Positions 28,116 to 40,929 of a stretch of DNA of 64,000 bases are shown here, in pieces. Source of the DNA: Octopus vulgaris (taxonomy: Eukaryota); assembly GCA_951406725.2 (NCBI GenBank), contig OX597823.1:97092001-97156000 (forward strand), in the 5' to 3' direction. The notes under the pieces are model-generated. The model worked only from the letters and a program-made list of their open reading frames with translations, had not been told where the DNA came from and did no database searches. The translations under genes were made by a program, and so were the position numbers. Numbering within the stretch: position 1 is the first letter of the stretch; every line of letters starts with the position of its first letter.

Positions 28116-28118
<3 letters not shown>
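27907..28118. ncRNA. About 210-bp foldback made of two inverted, singly mutated minimal hammerhead ribozyme motifs (Penelope-like LTR)
   Basis: Plus arm: tggggt-CCGATGA-stem II-GAAAC-ccgg-g-GTA-acccca (28035-28097). Minus arm: tggggt-CTGATGA-stem II-GAAT-cccagg-GTA-aacct (about 27922-27982). Confidence 0.7.
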
Positions 28119-28196
<78 letters not shown>

Positions 28197-28844
28197 TGTA
28201 TGTATGTATGTATGTATGTATGTATGTATACACGCATACATATACATATACAGATACATATACATGTAAATATACGTATGTTTATTGAACGTAAGTATAT
28301 GTGTATGTGTGTAAGTGTATATGTATACATGTATACATACACACACACACACTCACATAACGCACACACCACGCAAATACACGCATACACACAAGCACGC
28401 GCGCATGTGTTAAGCGGAATTCTCGAGTCGACAAGATTTTAATTGTTTTTACCATGTCCAGCCTCATTTCGTGTCAAGATGTAAATAAAAGGAAAATATT
28501 TAAAACAACCAAACTAAAAACAAAAAAGGAAAACAACAGCAACGCGCGCACGCGCATCAGTATCACGTGTCTTGTGTCCTCCATGATTATTTTTTTATCC
28601 AATCACCGCTTAAAATCTCATGAATATTAAACATGGTTTCAGTTTTGTAGCCACATTAAAAACCTGTAATTATCAACAATTAACTGGTGTGTCTTCTCAT
28701 TTTACAAAACTAAATTCATGCTTTAAAGCGGTTTAGTACAGTAATTATCTGTGTGCGTGTATGTATGTATGTATGTATGTATGTATGTATGTATGTATGT
28801 ATGTATGTATGTATGTATGTATGTATGTATGTATGCATATATAA

Positions 28845-28903
<59 letters not shown>

Positions 28904-29756
28904 AAGGCGCGTGGCTAAGTGGTTAGGAGTCTTGTACTCACAATCGTGAGATAGTGTGTTCGATTCCGAGAACGACTGCGCCTTGCGTTCTTGAGCAAAG
29001 CACTTCATTTTACGTTGCTGCAAGAGACTAGCCTTCTGATAGCGGGGTATATTGGCCTACTCACCTATTCAGTAGGGTGGCATCATTCGAAAGCTAAAAC
29101 AACGGAAAGTGCATTGTGACCAGCGATGTATAACAACATCCAATATCACGTGGTATATATATATATATATATTATATGTCTGTATAAGAGTTATACACTG
29201 AGGGAAAGTCACGAAAGAGCTATTCTTATTTTGGTACGTTGAATGTAGGCAGGCAGAACAATTTGAGAGAGTTCAAAAATGATTAGTCATTCCCGTACTT
29301 CGAAGTTTCACCCTTAACGATTAAATATACTAATTAATTAATTAATTAATCAATCAATGCATTAAACCGTCTACGGCTCATCAGCGAGAATCGTTATCGA
29401 CATTTAAATACAAAAACTCGAATACATACCGCATCAAACAAGAGACACCGTATACTGAGTTTTCATCTTTATATATCGAGCAATTTGGTTCAAAATGTCT
29501 CACAAACAACGCGCCAATATCTAGAGTAGAACCACCAGTGAATTAACATTCGGCTGTGGATTTACCCGACTCTTAGAATTAAAATATTTAAAAACTTTAA
29601 AAGGCGCAGGAGTGGCTGTGTGGTAAGTAGCTTGCAAACCAACCACATGGTTCCGGGTGCAGTCCCACTGCGTGGCATCTTAGGCAAGTGTCTTCTGCTA
29701 TAGCCCCGGGTCGACCAATGCCTTGTGAGTAGACAGAAACTGAAAGAAGCCTGTCG

Positions 29757-29811
<55 letters not shown>

Positions 29812-30635
29812 TTGTGTGTCTGTGTTTGTCCCCCTAGCATTGCTTGACAACCGATGCTGGTGTGTATACGTCCCCGTCACTTAGCGGTTCGGCAAAAGAT
29901 ACCGATAGAATAAGTACTGGGCTTACAAAGAATAAGTCCCGGGGTCGATTTGCTCGACTAAAGGCGGTGCTCCAGCATGGCCACAGTCAAATGACTGAAA
30001 CATGTAAATGAGTAAAAGAGTATAGGGTAAAAATTAAATATTAATTTTTACCATTTTTACTCACGCTGGCCGCTGGTAGTTTATCCTGTCTCCATCCGAC
30101 ATTTAGTTCATGCAGTTGAAAAAAACCCCGCATTATTTATGGAATGACCCAATATATATATTTATAAATTTATTTATATATTTATGTTTAAGTAGGTATT
30201 TATATTTATAAATATATATATATTTATGTTTGTGTTTATGTATGTGTATATTTATGGGTTTTGTGTGTGCATGTATAGATGTGTGCGTGTACGAAATATG
30301 GAGCTACGTTCAGACACCAAGAATTATAGCGCAGCCATATACTTATATATTTTTTATGCATATTCTTAATCGTTTAACCTTTACTGGTTCCAGCTAGAGG
30401 TTGAGGCCATGCTGGAGCACCACGTTGGTGTGTGATAGGGTTTCTTTTCTGTGTTGCTTCTGGTGAAGTACTGAGTTGGGTTGAGTTGCTCTCCTTTGTG
30501 TCTCCTGCCCGCGAGGTAGGTTCATATATGTATATATATGTATATATATATAATATATATAATAGGTTGAACTACTCGTGTGTTTGACTTTGTGTTAAAA
30601 TCTGGCGTGCAGTTCAGCAAATTATATTCATGACG

Positions 30636-30714
30636 AATCCTACTGATGAGCTGTGGATTTATTGTGTAAGTAAAATTGCATAATTTATTAACAGTGAAAC
30701 AATTGTCTAGGGTT
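30636..30714 (+). ncRNA. Type I minimal hammerhead ribozyme in a Penelope-like/retrozyme-like repeat (about 30560-30865)
   Basis: Stem I aatccta/tagggtt, CTGATGA at 30643, stem II Gctgt...acagT, GAAAC at 30696, palindromic loop aatt, GTC cleavage triplet at 30705-30707. Confidence 0.8.
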
Positions 30715-30863
30715 AATCTACATTTTTGTTATTTTTCATTTGTCCTGCTCGCTTACGTTCATAGTTGTGCTAATTTTCCTTGAGAACAATTCTTGGTGGT
30801 TGAGACCATAGCGGATCTATTTTTAGCGCAAGAGCGTCCACATAGTGCATTCTCACTTATATT

Positions 30864-30923
<60 letters not shown>

Positions 30924-30924
30924 A

Positions 30925-31475
30925 GGTAAAAATTACCGTTAATAAGATGTCTGTTTATAGCCATGAAACATTTTTCGTCAAATTTCGAGATTTTTCAAAA
31001 ATTTTAAATCTATATTAATGGTTAGAACAAATTTGACGAAAAAATGAGCAGAGTCAGGTAGCGAACTCGTGTCGAAATTTTACGCTTTGGGGCAGATTTC
31101 GTCAAACTGATGTCACGACAGCTAATGTGCAAAATGCCTAAATTTTGCTTGAGAAATAAAATGCTCTTTCCTAATCAAAACCTGAAACGCTGAGGAATTA
31201 AAACAACGAATTGAAATAATAAGTTTTAGCAAATCAAAACAATTCGCAATGAAATGAAGAATTAACAATTTCGGTATTTTTCGTCAAATTGATGTCACGA
31301 TGGATTGTGCGAAAAATGCCGAAATTTTACATCTTTTTGAAAAATTGATGGTGATTAAAAATCGATTTTTAAAAATTCCAAATGCGTAAGTGACCGTGTT
31401 AAATTTCATCAAAGTTTGTTGGATAGTCTCGGAGGAGTTAAAGTAACAAATTCACAAGCACATAAACCTTGCATT

Positions 31476-31480
<5 letters not shown>
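30925..31480 (-). mobile_element. Probable non-autonomous Helitron-like fragment
   Basis: Reverse strand starts tatataaaataaatgcaagg...tttgatgaaattt, resembling the 26312 element 5' end. Internal repeated ttcgtcaaa-tgatgtcacga. Confidence 0.4.
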
Positions 31481-31519
<39 letters not shown>

Positions 31520-31660
31520 TCTTAGCAATAATAGATGTGAAATCAATGGCAACTTTTTGACCGGCGACAACCAACGACTACATAAAATATTAGTGTTAAA
31601 AATAAACAGAAACAATTAGAATGTGTTTAGTCTTCGGGCTTGTGAACGACTGACCAATAA

Positions 31661-31704
<44 letters not shown>

Positions 31705-31757
31705 TAGATAGATAGATTGACAGATAGATAGATAGATAGATAGATTGACATAGATAC

Positions 31758-31810
<53 letters not shown>

Positions 31811-32259
31811 TAGATAGATAGACACACATATACATACGTACATACATACATACATACATACATACATACATACATACATACATACATACATACATACATA
31901 CATACATACGTACAAACATACATACATACATGCATACACTGCTGCTCCAGTAATGGGGGTTTACAATTGAATGTCCGGAATACAACAAAATGGTGGCTAG
32001 AAAGCTGAATGAGGTGTATGAAACTGAAAATGTATTTTGTGCACAGAATTTGCTGCTTCCCGGTTCAGAGATGTCCTCATCTTTCTCCTCCATATTTCTT
32101 AGCAGGCAATGATCTCACGCGAGTAAACCGATTTCGACAACAGGAATTTTGTTTTAACTTCCAGGTCCCACACAACAGTATCAAGTCGGTTGTGTCTTAG
32201 TTACGTAGTATCCTTAGTTTCCAATAGTATGATATATACGTGTATGTGTGTGTGAGTGT

Positions 32260-32351
<92 letters not shown>

Positions 32352-32659
32352 ATGTATGTAGACGCAGCTTTTGAAAGGCTCGGAGGGTCTATCTATATAT
32401 TGGTTTCAAATTTTGGCATAAGGCCAGCAGCTTTGGGGATTATTCGATTAAATCGACCCCAATGTTCAAAAGGTACTTATTTTATCGATTCTGAGAGGAT
32501 GACAGGCAAAGTCGACCTTGGCGGAACTTGAACTCAGAACGCAAAGACGAACGAAAGATCGCTAAGCATTTTGCCCGGCGTGCAAACGATTCTGCCAGCT
32601 CGTCGCCTCAGTCTTTCTAGATATTAACAACTATTTCCCCGTCCACAGCAAAGAACCTG

Positions 32660-33020
32660 TTTATAAGGAAGTTTCTTGTGTGTAGGCGCGAGAACTTGGA
32701 CCACATACAGTGAACACAACGAAGGTGGAGGTGCCTTTGTAATTCAGTGTTAACAGAAGATCTCTTGAATCTGGTGGCGAGAAATCTTTCTGGTAAACCT
32801 ACACCATCAGCAAGGAATCAACCCTGTTCAGGCACCGGACATGTAATGCGCATGTCTGATCTATGTCTTCCCCTGCAGGATCTTTTCCGGTCAATTACAC
32901 CGTGGTCATCGCCAGGCAGGAGGACGAAACAACCAGTCCGAAGTCGAACCCAAAGATTACTTTCAAGAGGAACGATGTTAACTCGTTTACTTTGGCAATC
33001 TCGCTGCTTACCGGTGACTG
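32660..33020 (+). mobile_element. Degenerate RTE LINE 3' fragment
   Basis: TGHVMRMSDLCLP resembles the RTE W-GHV-RM-D-R-PK motif. Frameshifted. Confidence 0.55.
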
Positions 33021-33036
33021 GGGAGAAGAAGCGAGA

Positions 33037-33101
<65 letters not shown>

Positions 33102-33230
33102 TGTGAGAGAGAGAGAGAGAGAGAATGTGTGAGAGAGAGAGAGAGATGGTTTGTTTCATGAGTTTGCTACCAAAAAACAATTATTTCTTCTCAGTGTGTA
33201 TGTTTGTGCGAGCCCGTGTGTGTGTATATA

Positions 33231-33303
<73 letters not shown>

Positions 33304-33814
33304 ACGTATATGTATGTTCGTATAAATGTATGTATGTATGTTCATATAAATGTATGTACGTATGTATGTGTGAACGGCAAAACGAAATTCTATTTTATAG
33401 TTACAAAGAAACTTTTCAAAGACATTTATTTGTTAGATACTAATATTCATAGGGTTGCTGTTTTGTTTTTTACCTTGAGTAAGGAATGCTGCCATTGTTT
33501 TACGACAACATAGAACTGGACGGCAACAGCTGATCTCATCAAATTAGTTTATGATCAATTATTTAGTAGTTTGTAAGATTTTATTTGCGTTTAGGGAGAT
33601 ACTAATGTACAGAATGACGTATGCAAAAAAAAAAAAAGAAAAATCAACAAATAAAAACATTTCTCAATGAATTGAAATTCGTGTTTTAGTTGGTAAAAAT
33701 AAACAAAAAAACAACTAGTGGTAGTGGTTAGCAATTTGTTTTTAAATGGAGAGATTATTTACAGAAATCGAGAATTGATTCTTTTTACAGAAAATCCAGA
33801 TTTAATGAGGTGCA

Positions 33815-34390
33815 CACTGAACGAGAATCTAAACAATAATGTATCGATTTATCTGTTATACATTCTGGCAGGTTGGAACGTGAATATTTGTTCATTGTTG
33901 TTTTTCGCCATCAGAGAACATCTCATCCATTTTTTTTAGGTGACGTATGTTCATAATAGATGATTCAACGACATAATGGGATGTGAGGCACTGAAATTTT
34001 TCAACCTTATTGTGTATCTCCTTAGTCAAAGCTACCCACTGCAGATCGATGAATCTAACACGAATACGAGCCATTGCTCAAATTATTTGTTGATGTCTGC
34101 CAAATATACAATAATGGACGGAGGAGTGGCATGCTGAACAGCGAGAATCCAAATTATAATGTATCGATTTACTCTTTATGAATTTTGGCAGATTCGAACG
34201 TAAATGTGCAGATCACTATTGTTTCCGTCGTCGAAGACCATCTCACCCGAACCCTTTTTTTGGATGATATATGTTCATAACACATGTAATTCATCGACAA
34301 AAGAGGATTTGAGACATGCGATGTTACAACCTTGTTGTGTGTCTCCTCAGTCAAAGCTACCCTGGATCAATGAATCTAACAAGGGTACAA
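33815..34390 (+). repeat. Diverged tandem duplication, period about 320 bp
   Basis: cgagaatc-aaa-ataatgtatcgattta at about 33823 and 34143, and agtcaaagctaccc...atgaatctaac at about 34024 and 34349. Confidence 0.75.
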
Positions 34391-34740
34391 GTTCTTGTTT
34401 ATAGAAATCAGCAAGTAAAATAATTACTGATGGATGCTGATGACTGCTAAATTGATAAGAATTCCTACGACGAAATACAGCAGCGATCAGCATATACGCG
34501 TTCGAAGAGTCTGCATTTCTGGGTGTCAGAAGTTTTAGAGATGTTATACTTCACTGTATTGGTAGCGAGAGCCTGGTCTTGTGTAGCAATAATCAGGCTT
34601 TCGGTGGTACGCTTCAAATCACCTCTCCCAAGCCATGACCACGATGCTGTATTATCCTTAACGTCTTATGTATTCCTTTCAAACTGTCCACTATTCTTCT
34701 TCTTCTTCTTCTTCTTCTTCTTCTTCTTCTTCTTCTTCTT

Positions 34741-34833
<93 letters not shown>

Positions 34834-34888
34834 GTCATCGCCAGCGTCATCGTAATCATCATCGTCGTCATCATCGTCGTCATCATCG

Positions 34889-34937
<49 letters not shown>

Positions 34938-34944
34938 TATTATT

Positions 34945-36120
34945 TTCATTAGCATCTTCTTTCAATTATGTTTCCATTTCTTGCCGAGTGTCTTCCTGAC
35001 ACCCAGGGCAGAGAACGTACTGTATACATTGGTAGGCCATTAAAACAAACACACCAGATTGTTCATTTACACAGTCACGTGATAGAGAAAAGGGGAAGAC
35101 AGAGAGAAAAAGGAAAAATAAAAAGTAGAAAAGTAAAGAAATAAAATAAAGAGGGAAAAAAAGAAAGAAAATTCGCAGCGACCATGCTCTTCTCAATACC
35201 TGTAAGGTACCAGTTAAGACAATCTTTTGCATTTCCTACATGAATGGTAAGACAGAGATCATACTTAAATAATTTTCAGTTAATTTTTTTTATCATTCCA
35301 AGTGCTCCTATACTCACTGGTATTGTAACCGTCTTGAGACGCCACATCTTTTCGATTTCGATTAGCAAATCTTTATATTTTCTGTGCTTATGAAATTCTT
35401 TTGCCGAGATATTATAGTCACAGGGTATGCTCATGTCAATCAATAAACAGATTTTATTGCTTTTGTCTTTCACAATAATATCTGGTTTATTTGCTTTGAT
35501 TGTCCGGTCTGTACATACTGGGAAGTCCCAAAAAATAGTTACATTTTTTCCCACAGTTACAGCCTTAGTTGCACCAGTTTTCCACAGTTTTGATTTTATA
35601 ATGCCAACACATTATTCAAGGTAGATATTGGCTAACTATGTCATGTCTTGATTTGTACTCTACAGGTGCTAAAACCTTACATCCAGAGATTAGGTGGTCG
35701 ACTGTTTCTATCCCATCGTTGCAACATTGGCACTTTGGGTCTACACTATTTTTCATCACATTGCCTTGATAGTTCCGGGTCAATAAGATCTGATCTTGAG
35801 AAGCTAAAATGAAGCCTTTGCTCTCTGCCTTTAGTCCTGAGCTCCGTAGGTCACTGAGGGGCGTGCTTCTGATGTGCTTCTGGTCTACATCAGCTTGTTT
35901 GCTACGGGCCACATATTTACATTGCAGAGGTTTTTGTTCCCACCTATTAGCCAAGTGTTCAAGCGCATTTTGCTTTGTTATCGATTTCACCTTCTTTGCA
36001 ACAACAGTTGCTGCTCTTCCATCATGCTGTTCAACCTGGATATTATGCATAAACTCGCTTAAAAATGTGTTGCTCTCCTTCATAACAGAATGAAGCTTCT
36101 TACGTCTTTCATGGATTTCA
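34945..36120 (-). mobile_element. R4/Dong-clade LINE 3' part (CCHC finger plus restriction-like endonuclease)
   Basis: GFILASQDQ...KCQCC...ETVDHLISGC...YKSRHDIV, then IFWDFPVCTDRTIKANKPDIIVKDK...LIDMSIP...KYKDL...IGALG, then QKIVLTGTLQVLRR. Ends in a (TAA)n tail. Confidence 0.9.
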
Positions 36121-36164
36121 ACAAACTTATTATTATAATTATAATAATTATTATTATTGTTATT

Positions 36165-36360
36165 ATTAGCATCTTCTTTCAATTCTGTTTCCATTTCTTG
36201 CTGAGTTTCTTCCTGACACCTTTGGCAGAGAAGCGTACAATATACATTGGTAGGCCATTAAAACGAACACACCAGATTGTTCATTTACAAAGTCATGTGA
36301 TAGAAAAAAGGGGAAGACAGAGAGAAAAAAAGGAAGAAATAAAAAATAGAAAAGTAAACA
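36165..36360 (-). mobile_element. Second copy of the R4/Dong 3'UTR
   Basis: Similar to 34945-35160 (tagcatcttctttcaatt...catttcttgc...ggtaggccattaaa...). Flanked by (TAA)n. Confidence 0.8.
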
Positions 36361-37134
36361 AATAATAATAATAATAATAATAATAATGATAATAATAATA
36401 ATAATAATAATAATTATTATTATTATTTCTATAGAAGGCGGCGAGCTGGCAGAATCGTTAGCACGCCGGGCGAAATGCTTAGAGGTGTTTCGTCTGCCGT
36501 TACGTTCTGAGTTCAAATTCCACCGAGGTCGACTTTGCTTTTCATCCTTTCGGAGTCGATTAAATAAGAACCTGTTACGCACTGGGGTCGATATAATCGA
36601 CATAATCCGTTTGTCTGTCCTTGTTTGTCCTCTCTGTGTTTAACCCCTTGTGGGTAGTAAAGAAATGGGTATTTCGTCTGCTGTTACGTTCTGAGTTCAA
36701 ATTCCGCCGAGATCGACTTTGCCTTTCATCTTTTCGGGGTCGATAAAATAAGTACCAGTTGTGCACTGCGGTCGATGTAATCGATTTAAACCCTTCCCCA
36801 AAACTGGTGCCCTTGTGGCAAAATTTGAAACTATTATTATTATTATTAGTAGTAGTAGTAGCCTTCTCGATTCAGATGTGAGAACACTACAACTTACACA
36901 CAACACACATCTGTACACACACTCACAACACATACACACACACACACACACTCGCAGAGGGGACGACAATGGCAAGTGTCTCTACGCGGTCCCTCGGACC
37001 CGCGAGAAGTCTTGCTCAAATCCTAGCGACTTGTGGAAAGACAGCGGAGTCAACGAAGTTCCGAGATAAAAGTTCCGAGTCGGAACTTCTTGGATCATAG
37101 ACTTACATGATCGGCGTTGACTTGCGACTGATCG

Positions 37135-37176
<42 letters not shown>

Positions 37177-37521
37177 GCAGGGATATATAAATATTATATA
37201 TTAGGAAAGAGAGAAAGAAGAAAGTAGAAGAGAAAGGGAGACAGAGCAAGGTTTAAAGTTAATAAAGCTTTTTCAGTCACAAAAGATGTCATCAGGATAA
37301 TAAAAAGGTTCTTGCGTTGGTCTGTTGTGTAGCATTTGGTGCCACGGTGCGCGCGTGCGTGTATGTGTGTGTGTGTGTGTGCGTGCGTGTGTGCGTGCGT
37401 GTGTGCGTGTGTGTGCGTGTGTGTGCGTGTGCGTGTGTGTGTGTAGCTGGATAGACAGATACACACACACACACACATGGGTAACTTGATGTGTGTATGT
37501 ATCTGTATGCGTATTCAAGTA

Positions 37522-37567
<46 letters not shown>

Positions 37568-38079
37568 TACATATTTATATATATAGAGAGATAAATAGAT
37601 AGATAGATAGATAGAGGGAGGGAGAAAGAGAGAGAGAGAGAGAGACATGCGTACATATAAAGAAACGAAATAATGACATTCAGAATGATGATGATGATGA
37701 TGATGATGAAGAAGGGGAAGAAGAAGAAGAAGAAAAAGAAGAAGAAGAAGAAGAAGAAGAAGAAGAAGAAGAAGAAGAAGAAGAAGAAGAAGAAGAAGAT
37801 GAAGAAGAAGAAGAAGAAGAAGAAGAAGAAGAAGAAGAAGAAGAAGAAGAAGAAGAAGAAGAAGAAGAAGAAGAAGAAGAAGAAGAAACGCTAATCATAA
37901 TTGTCGGGGTCAGAGAATTTTCTGGAAATAATGAACCAAACAAATGACTATAAAAATAAACAAGAATGCTTTTTTTTTTTTTTTTTTTTTCATAAAAAGC
38001 AAAAACAAAAACAAAAAAAGACCAGCGAAACCCAGTTGTAATTTCAGCTGTTACAGAAACATTTTCACAAATCCGTATG

Positions 38080-38147
<68 letters not shown>

Positions 38148-38985
38148 TGTATGTGTGTGTATGTGTGTGTACATATAGACATCATATCTATATAATTACA
38201 CACACACACACATATATATATATACAAATATATATACATACATATATGCACACATAAGTGAATGCGTGTGTGTGTATATATGAGTGTATGTGTGTGCGTG
38301 TGCACACGCAAATACACACATATATATATAAACGTCCTGTATTTCCTTCCGACACAAGTCTCTGTAGCACAGTAAGTATTTACCGCTTCTTTTGTTTCAA
38401 TCTTATTGTTAAAACACTTTGTTGATTCCATTACCCGCCACGTTTTCTTTTCTCAATGCATTTTCCATTATTGCACATCAATATTTGAAGTAACACTAAG
38501 GTGACGAACTGACAGCATCGTTAGCACGCCAGGTAAAATGCTTGGGTGCATTTCGCCCGTCTTTACGTTCTGAGTTCAAATTCTGCCGAGGTCGATTTTA
38601 CTTTTCATTCTTTCGGGGTCAATAAAATAAGAACCTCGGAAATTGCTGGCCTTGGGCCAAAATTTGAAACCAATATTTCAAGTAGAGTATTTAGAGGTTA
38701 ACACGGTGGACCCACAGAGTAAACGTTTTATTCCATTTTTGCTGCTCTCGCAACGGTTATGGAATGAGAACACAATCATTATACTTTTTTAATTAAAGAA
38801 GAAGAAAAACAAAAAAACAAGAACAAAAAAACATCGCAATTCCCTTCCTTTCAAGCATGGATTCTACCCTAAAAACACCCTTAATGTTTCCACAAATTCT
38901 AGTTTTCTCTCATCATTGAAAATCTCTCGTGGTGAACGCATATCTTTAACTTAGTAAAGACTACATTACAAAGACGCCGTCTTCT

Positions 38986-39540
38986 TAGCTGGCAGAAACG
39001 TTAGCACGCCGGGCGAAATGCTAAGCTGCCGCTACGTTTTGAGTTCAAATTCCGAGGTCGACTTTGCCTTTCATCCTTTCGGGGTCGATAAATTAAATAC
39101 CAGTTACGCACTGGGGTCCGTATCATCGACTTAATCCGTTTGTCTGTCCTTGTTTGTCCCCTCTGTGTTTAGCCCCTTGCGGGTAGTAAAGAAATAGGTA
39201 TTTCGTCTGCCGTTACGTTCTGGGTTCAAATTCCGCCGAGGTCGACTTTGCCTTTCATCCTTCCGGGGTCGGTTAAATAAGTACCAGTTACGCACTGGTG
39301 TCGATGTAATCGACTTAATCCGTTTGTCTGTCCTTGTTTGTCCTCTCTGTGTTTAGCCCCTTGTGGGCAGTAAAGAAATAGGTATTTTGTCTGTCTTTAC
39401 GTTCTGAGTTCAAATTCCGCCTAGGTCGACTTTGCCTTTCATCCTTTCAGGGTCGATAAATTAAATACCAGTTATGCACTGGGGTCGATATAATCGACTG
39501 GCCCCCTCCCCCAAATTTCGGGCCTTGTGCTAAGAGTATA
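38986..39540 (+). mobile_element. Multimeric Meta-type SINE (one head, three cores, 184-bp period)
   Basis: Junction gtaaagaaatag|gtattt recurs at 39197/39198 and 39381/39382. Confidence 0.85.
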
Positions 39541-40929
39541 TAAAAAAGAAAAGGATAGAAAATATTTACTTCCCTCACTTCTATTTCCAACTGATTGCTC
39601 TTTACTCCTTTACACAGCTCAGCTCAGAGTTTACCAGTAACGGAACACTACTCCCACATCTGGAACTGTTACTACTGCTACGGACAGAGACCACCTAGAT
39701 CAAAGGTGTCCAACCTTTTTCATTTCCTTTACGATTCCCCTACCCTTTTGCCAACGTTTTCAAAATTAACTTATCCCCGGACTTTGCATTATTCAGTAAT
39801 TTCAGTTTAAAACTGCTGTCATTAAAAAAAAAAAAGCCCAAGCGACAAAGAGAAAATTTAATAATAGTTACAAAACATTATTATTTTAAGTTGAAATAAC
39901 AAAAACAAAAGAAAGCAACCACGAAAACCAACACAATACAACATTATTGCACTTATGAACTATTCATGCGGAACAGATGCCACACTTGAAACACAGCCCT
40001 CTGAATTAGACAACTCAATTGGCAACACTACAATTAAGGATTATATAATAATCACGGAGGATACAAAACAGATCGGTAAATCCAAAGCGGAAGAAAGATA
40101 AGAAATAATTTTTTTGGTTTTTACTCAAAACAGGTCTTTTTGGGAAAAATTTTTTTCTCAATTTAAAAATGTTGAAAATATTAATTGAAATCAAGAGCGG
40201 ACCAAGTGCGCCCTTCTAAATAATGTTATTATGCCCTTTTCTTCTTGAATTGTATTCCCTTCTGACCTTGTGCACTCCCTTCGAAAAATTCCTGGAACCG
40301 CGCCTGGAAATAAAAAAGAAAGAATATCTGTAGATCCAGAATCAGTAGATTTACCTTCTGGATTCGGGTTAAATTTAATCCGGTTTGAGAATCTCTTCCT
40401 AGAGAAAGGCCACATCTCTGACTGGTATTTGGTCACTTCGCACTTTCCACCTCTCACCGACAAACGTGCTGTATCCCTCCTTCTGATGTTTCTACAGCTA
40501 CTACTGTGGCCTCTGCTCGCCGGAGTTGGCTGATCTTATACTACCCCCACCCTGATCCACCATCTTACACCTTTCTCTTTCTCCTGTCACCTTTATTACC
40601 CTCATCAGTTCTTACATTAACCACTGCACCCAATTCCTGCTTCTCAGCAAGTTGGCCCTTTGGAATTCCCTTTCGCTTATGCCGTTTGTGATATTTAATC
40701 TCAAGCCAACACTGACCAAGTAGGCCAATGCTCAAAGACACTGTGGCTGCCACTAACCCACCTTGGACTACATTCTTTAATGTGACATTTCCATATAACA
40801 GTGGGGATGTGTGTGATGTGAGAGACAATTGTTTGCTGTCTCTTTTACATCAAGTCACTGCGGTTTCTTTTCCTGCAACCTCCAACCAACAAGTATTATT
40901 CGAGAGCAACATTAATCGCCTTGATCCCA

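Noticed and set aside
29355-29390. Minus-strand CTGATGAG-ccg-taga-cgg hammerhead-like half
   Set aside because: The GAAA element is absent (tttaa) and stem I is not evident; too degenerate to call.
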